From Cytophagales bacterium (GTDB lineage Bacteria > Bacteroidota > Bacteroidia > Cytophagales > MED-G16), in NCBI GenBank assembly GCA_045568775.1, contig JBJLAJ010000011.1:59239-123238 (forward strand): a stretch of 64,000 nt of DNA, in the 5' to 3' direction. The number at the start of each line of letters is the position of its first letter. Position 1 is the first letter of the stretch. Shown one piece after another: positions 51,911 to 60,400 of the stretch. Made by a program: the position numbers and the translations under genes. The notes under the pieces are model-generated. The model ran no database searches. It was not told the DNA's origin and saw only the letters and a list, made by a program, of their open reading frames with translations.

Positions 51911-54701
51911 TCGAATTAGGAGATATATCTAGAAGAACCCCGTCAGACCTATCAAGATGAGCCCCCCAAACTGACACCATAGAAAATGAATTTTTAAATA
52001 AGGAATCTAATTTACCTTGATTTAAGGTGTCAAGAAGAGGCGGTGGCCCAGGATCATGATAAATTTTATAGATATTATCATCTCTCAACTTAATAACTAA
52101 GTCTTCTTCTTTGAGAGCAAAAGGGGTCACGTTTCCCCATTCTGGGGAAATAAATTCAGGAATCCCCTCAATTAAGTTTCCTGACTGATCAATAAAATTT
52201 GAAATCTTTAGTGGTTGCCATCTATTAGGATCTATAATGTCAGGGTTACCATAAGTATCTAAATCAAGTGGCGGATTAAGCGGTGAATAATAGTTACTCG
52301 AGTAATCATTTACCTCATTTGAATTATCAAGAAATCCATAATCTGAATATATTTTATTTAAATAATTCCCTATAGATCTTGGGTCACCTGACAAATAATC
52401 TAACTTATCATAATTGATATCATAATCTAATGTTATCATGAGTGAGTCTACTCTTTTATAAGTATCAATTATACCAACTGATTTTTTAAATCTGTGTCTT
52501 ATGAAATTATATGAAGCATAAGAAATGATTTTTTCTATATATTCATCATCATGAACATATGTAGGGTATTCGAAAGGATAGTTAGTTTCATTAATAGTTT
52601 TATCGAGTAAAAAAGGAGTTATATTTTTATTATTAATTAATTTTTCCTTGATAACAAATGCATCATACATTACTGAAGAAAGGTGAAACAAGTTTCTAGC
52701 ATGAATAGGTGGTCTTGCTAAATCATCCCTAATTGCTTGTAATAACACTTCCATCCATTTTCTCGCAATAGACTGACTAGTAAAGTCACTGTTTCCTGAA
52801 TTTTTAAGTAGATTTTTAATCTCAAATGTTTTAGTTAAGTGACATCCTTTTTCATCTCTTACAGTGATTGAGTGTGTACCTGAACTTATATTAGAAAATA
52901 TAAATTTATTTTTAAAGTATGTTCCTCCGTCTAATGATAAATAATAATCATTATCTAAGTTGATGTTATTTATCTGAATTGAGCTAGTGTGCTGGTTCGT
53001 AATATCTTTGACAATAACATCAAAATCTGGGGGAGATGTTTTTTCAATTATTATAGTATCAGAAGAGAACATAGCACCGTATTCATCATAAACATTAACA
53101 AAATAATTTCCACCTTGACTAATACTTATATTTTGAGTTGTATCTCCTGTAGACCATTGGTATCTATGATAGTAACCAGTCTCTAAGGATAACAGACTTC
53201 CATCACAAAAAGAATCACTAACTGAATATATCTTTGGAATTAAAGAAGTAGAGCCCTCGTTTATAGTGATCAATCTATTTCCTTCTATTTGATAAAAAGC
53301 ATCAATCTCTCCAGATGGCCAATACACTTTTAAACTATCAACTGTTTGGCTGTTGCCAAGACCAATAAATAAAGTATTAGAGTTCTGTGAAAGGTAACCC
53401 TCTGTAGAAAATTTACCGCGTGTTATAGTTTTATCTTCAACATAAATAACTACCCTTGATCCATACGCATCACTATTTGAGTTGAAACCAACTAAATTAA
53501 CTTTTAGCCAGTTATTAGTTCCAGAGTAAATATTTTTAAAAAGGAAGGAATTAAAAGGCTCCATGTTTAATACTACAATATCAGGATAACCATCATTATT
53601 TATGTCTCCTACTGCATTCCCATAACTAGATACAGTATCAGAATCTAAGCCTACTGAAATATTTTGCTCAAAATATTTTCCAAAAATATTTGAATAATAC
53701 GCACTAGAATTCACATTAGACCCAACAAGAGACCCACTTACATAAAGGTCCTCATACCCATCTAAATCAAAATCTTCAAACTGAGCTCCCCATCCCTCAG
53801 CATTAAAAGGGACTCCTTTTTCATCAGCACGTTCTGTAAAAGTAAGATCTTGATTATTTACAAATAACTTATTTCCTTCTTCTAAATTTGTAGAATAGAT
53901 ATCAAAAAAAGAATCATTATTAAAGTCTCCTACCGTCACTGACATAGCATCCATCTTAACACCAGTATTAGACTGAGTACTTATATTTGAAAAAGTAGAA
54001 TCTAAATTATTGTAGTAAAGGGAGTTCCCAGAAGACTTATCATTAGCAATGTAAAGATCTTGGACATTATTATTATCTATATCTATAAAAGTAGCACAGA
54101 AAGGTAACTTGTTAATCTCTGAAATAGATGAAATGTTAGTTATATCAATAAAAGATTTTCCTTCATGGTTTAAGTATAAACTTACAGTATTATTTATACT
54201 ATCTCCTGACCTGTATGTCTGCAATAAATCTAGGTATCCATCATTATTAATATCAGACCATGAGGAACCAAAAGAGTTTGAAACAGAATCTGGTAAATTA
54301 ACAGAAGACGTTATATCAATAAAATTAAGAAATCCATTGTTCTCATAAAGTTTATTTTTACCACTAAATGAAGAAACATACAAGTCTTTATCAAAATCAT
54401 TATCAAAATCAATCCAAAGTACTTGCTTTATTTGATAAGGAAAGTCAATGCCAAAAGACAAAGGATATAATTTGTCTCCATTATTTTTTAAAAAAAGTAT
54501 GGAAGTATTTCCATTCGTCGGTATTGTTATATCATCTAACCCGTCTAGATCAAAGTCAACAAAACTTACACCAGCACCTGAAACTCCTTGAAGATATGAA
54601 TGATTGAAATCAAGAGATGAAGATATCTCATTGAAATATAGTTGTGAGAATAATGGGTATTTAGTAGCGAGTAAAATAAAAAAAATAAGATATTTTTTCA
54701 T
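51885..54701 (-). CDS. FG-GAP/VCBS repeat + ASPIC/UnbV (CRTAC1-like) protein carrying the N-terminal half of the haloperoxidase-like domain (5' portion of a split gene)
   Basis: The track starts at TTG 54719, but ATG 54701 gives the signal peptide MKKYLIFFILLATKYPLFSQ. Repeated FDLDGLDD / INNDGYLD / FNNDSFFD / INNDGYPD FG-GAP calcium loops. UnbV motif GSRVVIYVED...GYLSQNSNTLFIGLG...VYWPSG. Ig-like modules. Then ARKWMEVLLQAIRDDLARPPIHARNLFH...NRWQPL...ISPEWGNVTPF. Confidence 0.8.
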   Translation of the reverse strand: MKKYLIFFILLATKYPLFSQLYFNEISSSLDFNHSYLQGVSGAGVSFVDFDLDGLDDITIPTNGNTSILFLKNNGDKLYPLSFGIDFPYQIKQVLWIDFDNDFDKDLYVSSFSGKNKLYENNGFLNFIDITSSVNLPDSVSNSFGSSWSDINNDGYLDLLQTYRSGDSINNTVSLYLNHEGKSFIDITNISSISEINKLPFCATFIDIDNNNVQDLYIANDKSSGNSLYYNNLDSTFSNISTQSNTGVKMDAMSVTVGDFNNDSFFDIYSTNLEEGNKLFVNNQDLTFTERADEKGVPFNAEGWGAQFEDFDLDGYEDLYVSGSLVGSNVNSSAYYSNIFGKYFEQNISVGLDSDTVSSYGNAVGDINNDGYPDIVVLNMEPFNSFLFKNIYSGTNNWLKVNLVGFNSNSDAYGSRVVIYVEDKTITRGKFSTEGYLSQNSNTLFIGLGNSQTVDSLKVYWPSGEIDAFYQIEGNRLITINEGSTSLIPKIYSVSDSFCDGSLLSLETGYYHRYQWSTGDTTQNISISQGGNYFVNVYDEYGAMFSSDTIIIEKTSPPDFDVIVKDITNQHTSSIQINNINLDNDYYLSLDGGTYFKNKFIFSNISSGTHSITVRDEKGCHLTKTFEIKNLLKNSGNSDFTSQSIARKWMEVLLQAIRDDLARPPIHARNLFHLSSVMYDAFVIKEKLINNKNITPFLLDKTINETNYPFEYPTYVHDDEYIEKIISYASYNFIRHRFKKSVGIIDTYKRVDSLMITLDYDINYDKLDYLSGDPRSIGNYLNKIYSDYGFLDNSNEVNDYSSNYYSPLNPPLDLDTYGNPDIIDPNRWQPLKISNFIDQSGNLIEGIPEFISPEWGNVTPFALKEEDLVIKLRDDNIYKIYHDPGPPPLLDTLNQGKLDSLFKNSFSMVSVWGAHLDRSDGVLLDISPNSIGNSNFLP

Positions 54702-54710
54702 CACTCTAAA

Positions 54711-54748
54711 AATAAACAAAAAAAAAGGTAACGACTTACGCCGTTACC
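54711..54748 (-). terminator. rho-independent terminator after the SusCD-lipoprotein operon
   Basis: Minus strand reads GGTAACG-gcgtaagt-CGTTACC followed by TTTTTTTTGTTTATTTTT. It lies 38 nt after the lipoprotein stop, and the T-tract ends about 10 nt before the next ATG (54701). Confidence 0.65.
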
Positions 54749-54785
54749 CTTTTAAATCATATATGTAAATATATGTAGTACCTAG

Positions 54786-55718
54786 TTAGTTCAAGTCAGG
54801 CCAATTCTGTCCATCATTTCTGGTAAGTACAGAAACGGCACCTTCACCATAGTCATTAGTCCAATCAATAGTTAGCGCATTACCTGTTGAGCTAACATCA
54901 TGAAATGTATAAACTTCTGACCATCTAGAAGCACCTACTGGTGATAAAATACCACAAGCATCTTGTACTTTAAGTGTTCCACCTGGATTAGTTGAACCGG
55001 CTCCGTAACAAGCTAAATAGATTCCCCAGTCAAACTGACCAGCAGGCTCTATATATAAGTTGTCACCACCAGATTTAACCCAAGAACCAGAGTAGTTTGA
55101 AGTTGCAGTACAACCCCATCCACCTTGGCCAACACTTACTGCGTCCCAACTTGACTCAAGGTCAGAAGGACACACGACAGAAACGTTAAGTCTATATAAT
55201 GCACCAAATGCATTAGAAGACTGTAAGTTTGGTCCTGTATTGTTATAATCGTAAGTAGTACCATCAGACTTAGTTATAGTAAACCAAAATCTGAAGTAGT
55301 TACCGCCATCAATACCAGTAATATCTTTCCCTACTGCTGCCATAGTAGCAGAAAAAGTTAAACTGATGTCATTACTAAGGTATCCATCAGCATTCTTTAC
55401 GAATTCTGACGAAGATATAGTTCTGAATTGAGTTCTGGCAACACTATTAGCGCCACCACCGATAACGTCCACATATTCTACATCAATATCAAACTCAGTG
55501 ATATTTCCACCCTGAGCTTCATCATAATATTCTACATGCATGTCAATTGAAGAACCAGCTACATCGAAGTAATTGAATTTACCAGTCTGTGACATCTTTC
55601 TAGCGTATGCACCATATTGCATTTCTGGAAAAAGTTCAACCGGTAAAACAGGATCACCACATGATATAGCAGTTGTCATTGCTATGAATGCTACGAATAA
55701 CTTTTTTAAATTTTTCAT
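54786..55718 (-). CDS. hypothetical surface lipoprotein in the SusE/F position of the locus
   Basis: 310 aa. Lipobox MTTAISC-GDPV. The C-terminal half carries 5 further Cys (CPSD, WGCTA, LACYGAG, DACG). I recognise no family. Lies 18 nt downstream of susD. Confidence 0.6.
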   Translation of the reverse strand: MKNLKKLFVAFIAMTTAISCGDPVLPVELFPEMQYGAYARKMSQTGKFNYFDVAGSSIDMHVEYYDEAQGGNITEFDIDVEYVDVIGGGANSVARTQFRTISSSEFVKNADGYLSNDISLTFSATMAAVGKDITGIDGGNYFRFWFTITKSDGTTYDYNNTGPNLQSSNAFGALYRLNVSVVCPSDLESSWDAVSVGQGGWGCTATSNYSGSWVKSGGDNLYIEPAGQFDWGIYLACYGAGSTNPGGTLKVQDACGILSPVGASRWSEVYTFHDVSSTGNALTIDWTNDYGEGAVSVLTRNDGQNWPDLN

Positions 55719-55736
55719 AATTGTTTTAATTTAAAA

Positions 55737-57464
55737 TTAGTTTAATGCACCAGCTCTATCCCAGAAAACTTTCTCACCAAGATCTGTTCTAACAGGAGCG
55801 TTTTTGTTCAAGTTAGAGAAATCTGATGGATACGGGAACAACCTTGGAAAAGTACCAGCGTCAGGAGTCTTCATAGGACCCTGCATCTCAGTTGGATGAC
55901 CAGTTCTTCTCATAGCATTGTACAATTCGACACCGTTAGAGAATGAAGCGAGCCTATGCTCTTTAACAATGATATTCATCTTTGCTTCATTATCAGATGC
56001 GGCATCATACGCACTCAATACATAATTGACATAAGCGTCAATACTTCTTTGTTCAGGAATTGCACCAATTCCGTCACCATTGAAGTCACCAACTTCACCC
56101 CATCCTGCAGAGTAACTCATTACAGAACCAATAGAAGTTGTTAACGCTGTTTCTAACATATCTCTAGCATTTTCACCAGATAAACCATCAAGAGCAGCTT
56201 CAGCTCTCATGAAGTATACGTTAGCAGACATAAGGATCGGAGCGTGTCCGTCTCCTCCGCCTCCATCAACACCACCATGTTGAGTATGAGAAATCCCACT
56301 ACCAAATGTATTAGTTGCAGCATCACCGTCATCATAAGCACCAGCAGCTGGATAAATCCCTCTGTGTGTTCTTTTCTGACCATCTGGAGGAGTACCATCG
56401 TTATTACCGTGGTCTCTTCCCCAGTAACCTTTCGCATTAGCAGCATCAATAGTTGTTGTACTACTTCCTGCACAGAAAGGCCATGTTACTGTAACACCAT
56501 ATGCATTTGTGTAAGGATTGTCATACCATACTGGTCTAGTATCAGGTATCACACAATCAATTGTAAATAAATCTTCACCTACAATATTCAAATCTTGTCT
56601 TTTGTAATAGTATCTAAGTCTTGGATCAGGAATACCCTTTTCTTCCATTAACTCCCACATGTAGTAGTTAGATTGATATGGACCAGAATATGATTCATAC
56701 GATCCACCATACCATGGGTGTCTAGAGTCTGGGTTTTGTCTATTACTTCCGTATTTAAACACCCAATCTTCAGATTTATCGTCTATTACACCAGCAGCTA
56801 AAGCAGCAGCAATTTTACCAGCATCACCTCTGTTTAGAGCAGCTCTAAACTTAAGAGTATTTGCTAAAGTTATCCACTTTGCTTTATCACTACCATAGTA
56901 GATGTCCACAGTTGGAGCACCAATGGCAGTTTTGTTAAGATCTGCAATTGCTTCGTCATATAATCCCTCAACAGCTGTGTATACAGATTCTGCATCATCA
57001 ACTACAGGACTAAGATTAGCAGTTCCTTGCCATGCTTCACTATAAGGAATAGCACCGTGCTTGTCAACAAGCATTTGAAGAGCATATCCTTTTAAGATTT
57101 TACCAGCACCTACGTGAATCCAAGATTCAGCAGCAGTACCAGATTCAATCATCGCGTCGATGTCAGGAACAAGTCCAGAATAAACAGTATTCCAAGATCC
57201 ATTAAAACTTGAAGATAGATAAGCGTTGTCATAGGTTTCACCCCACGTCATACACGCAACTCTAGCTACTTGGAGCATTGGAGTTTGATTTCCGTACCAC
57301 CATCCAGCAAAACTTGTCTGAACAGCATTCCAGTATAAATCAAGACCTGCATTCTCAACAGTCACAGCATTCGGGTTATTTAACTGATCTAATTCAGTTA
57401 TTTCACACGAGTAGCCAACAAACATGAAGGCAACAATCAAGTATAATTTGTTTAATTTTTTCAT
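55737..57464 (-). CDS. susD: SusD/RagB family nutrient-binding outer-membrane lipoprotein
   Basis: 575 aa. Lipobox FVGYSC-EITELD with an acidic post-Cys segment. Helical SusD-like N-terminal region (WNAVQTSFAGWW...). Lies 19 nt downstream of susC. Confidence 0.85.
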   Translation of the reverse strand: MKKLNKLYLIVAFMFVGYSCEITELDQLNNPNAVTVENAGLDLYWNAVQTSFAGWWYGNQTPMLQVARVACMTWGETYDNAYLSSSFNGSWNTVYSGLVPDIDAMIESGTAAESWIHVGAGKILKGYALQMLVDKHGAIPYSEAWQGTANLSPVVDDAESVYTAVEGLYDEAIADLNKTAIGAPTVDIYYGSDKAKWITLANTLKFRAALNRGDAGKIAAALAAGVIDDKSEDWVFKYGSNRQNPDSRHPWYGGSYESYSGPYQSNYYMWELMEEKGIPDPRLRYYYKRQDLNIVGEDLFTIDCVIPDTRPVWYDNPYTNAYGVTVTWPFCAGSSTTTIDAANAKGYWGRDHGNNDGTPPDGQKRTHRGIYPAAGAYDDGDAATNTFGSGISHTQHGGVDGGGGDGHAPILMSANVYFMRAEAALDGLSGENARDMLETALTTSIGSVMSYSAGWGEVGDFNGDGIGAIPEQRSIDAYVNYVLSAYDAASDNEAKMNIIVKEHRLASFSNGVELYNAMRRTGHPTEMQGPMKTPDAGTFPRLFPYPSDFSNLNKNAPVRTDLGEKVFWDRAGALN

Positions 57465-57483
57465 TATATATAAAATTTAAAAA

Positions 57484-60400
57484 TTAGAAAGTTAAACTTA
57501 AAGTAGCTCCCCACTTCTTAGCAGTAGGACCAGTCATCTCATCCCATCCTCTAGCATTAGAACCAGCACCGTAACTTATAACCTCAGGGTCAAAATTTGA
57601 TCCTGCAGGGAAGTTCCATGCATAATGCCAGATGTTCTGAGCAGACATAGTTAAACTAGCACTTCCAAAAGGAGTTCCACTAAGGAACGACTTAGGCGCA
57701 ACTAAAGAAAGAGAAACCTCTCTTATTCTCATTACAGAAGCATCATACATTGAGTTTTCATCATAGAATACACCAGTATTTGGCCAGTAGTGAGCGTTTG
57801 CAGTAGTTTGCTTAACGTTAGGAGATCCGTCATTTGTCAGACCTTTTGTAACGATTGGAACAAACCTATCAAAACCTGTTTCCTCAAGGATACCTCTACC
57901 AAGTAGAGTAGAACTAGTAGTAGAGAATACATCTCCACCTACAGAAGAATCGAACTGAACTCTTGCTGTTACCCACTTATATGTTAACGTATTAGTAACA
58001 CCATAAACATAGTCAGGGTTTGGATCACCAATTACACCATAACCAAGTTGCTGATATCCACCATTTGAGTTAACAATAGGAGTATAGTTTAATCTATCAT
58101 CCCAGTTAACCTGTAAATGATCAGTTCCGTCAAGGCTACCATAGTCTCTCTTGATTACATCACCTTCCATTATACCATAAGGTAGTCCTGGGATAGCGAT
58201 ATTACCTCTACCAGTATATCCACCAACATAAATTTTATCAACTCCATCAGCAATAGATAGTACCTCACTTCTCAATATTGAGAACTGTCCAGCTATTTCC
58301 CAAGTAAAGTCTCTCGACTGAACAGGAATTACTGAAACGATAGCTTCTATCCCTTTGTTATTGATAGATGCTGAGTTAACAGTTGATGATGTATAACCAG
58401 TAGATGCATCAAGATCTAAGTCTATAATAAGATCTTCTGAATCTTTAGTAAATAACGACAAGTCTAAACCAACTTTATTTTGAAAGAATTTACCTTCAAT
58501 ACCGAACTCAAGCTCCTTATGAATCTCAGGAGTTAAATCAGGGTTAGCAAAGAAATTACTTACAGCATTTGAATTTAACAACGCACCACCTGAAGTTTGG
58601 AAAATCTTAGTATATGTATTAAGTGATCCTCTCGTAGAATATGGAGGAGGATAACCTGCAGACGTTCCGAAACCAAATCTAACTTTCAAGAAGTTAAGGT
58701 TTTGATTGCTAATAGACAATGCTTCTAAAGGTAAAATAGATACTGATACAGATGGGTATAGGAATGATCTGTTTGCTTCTTCTAAAGTAGAAGTCCAGTC
58801 ATTTCTAGCAGATGCTGATAAGAATCCCCAGTCTCTATAACCAAGAGTAAGGTTAGCATATGCACCATAAGTATTTTCTCTTAATACGTAAGTATTTGCA
58901 TTAGTCACTGTAAAGTTTTGATGATCGAAGAAGTTATATATAAACATATCAGAACTAGTTATCTGAGATAATTCATAATTTCTAGACTGTAAGTTTCCAC
59001 CTACTAAGAAATCAAAATCAAGATCTTCAGATAATTCTACTGATCCGTTTAAGTTTACAACTTGATCATAATTTATATTATTTCTATTGGACGTAGCATA
59101 ATGGCCAAGAACAGCATAGCCTTGAACTCCATTCTTATTAATCATGTAGTTGTTTAGCATATTAGTTCTATCAAGACCTAGTCTATACGTCAGATTTAAA
59201 AAGTCAGCTATCTCATAACTTAAAGTAATGTTACCGATAAATCTGTTAACATCATCTCTATCCTTAGTGTTATGTAGAGTCCATAAAGGATGTTGCATCC
59301 CGTTATTACCTCTATAATAAACACTACCATGAGTATCTGGTCTTTCGTATTCCATTCCAAATAAGTTCCAACTTCTAGGAGTATACATAACATTACCAAA
59401 TAATGATACATTGGTAGCGTTTGAGTTTCTACTCGGGTTTACAGGTGGCTTATTACTTTGTGATTCAATATAATTGAATGAAGCATTAATTTTTAAACCG
59501 TTTGCAAGCTGAGTATTAGCCCCTAACGAGAAATTATGTTTTCTATAATCGTTGAATGGAACATATCCGTTGTCTTTAGTCCAACCATAATTAGCTTTTA
59601 TTGATGATGAACCAACTTGAGCGTTGACACCAATAGAAGTATTTTGTTGAGAACCGTCGACAAAGAAATTCTGTAAATTGTCATATGCCTGGTATTTCCA
59701 TCTAGCACCTACGTACTGAGGGAATACACCATTCCATATGGCTCTGTCATAAGGGTGCTTAATAGTACCATCAGTCAAACCGTTTCTGTTAGGTTGGTCA
59801 AATGGAGCTCCCCAGTTACTAAATGCAGCTGCGGCTCTATTTTGCCATCCGTTACCATACTGATCTTGATCATCTGGTACACTAGCTACCTGATTCACAA
59901 AATATGATTGACTAAATGTTACTTCTAATCCTTTATTAGCATTAGACCCACCAATTTGGCCAGTCTTTGTTGTAATAAGGATCACACCATTTCTACCAGC
60001 TTCACCGTAAAGTACGGTTGCAGCAAGTCCCTTAAGCACACTAATTTCCGCTACGTTGTTTGGATCAAGATCTAAGAATCTACTAGAAGCAGTAGCACCA
60101 CCACCAGTAAAACCTCTATCCCTATAAGTTGATGCATCAATTGGCACACCATCTAAAACGAATAAAGGCTGATTAGAACCTGAAATTGAGGTATATCCCC
60201 TAATAATAATATTAGTTCCAGTTCCAGTGACACCACTTTGCGATGTGATATCAACACCAGGAACTTTACCTCTCAACAACCTAGCTATGTCTGCTTCGGG
60301 TCTAGCTTCAAGCTGTTCACCACCAACAGAAGTCACCGCATATCCTAATGCAGCTTTTTCTTTGGTGATACCCAATGCAGTTACAACAACCTCTTGAAGT

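Noticed and set aside
54702-54719. TTG start at 54719 for the FG-GAP gene
   Set aside because: It lies inside the upstream terminator T-tract. ATG 54701 begins a textbook signal peptide.
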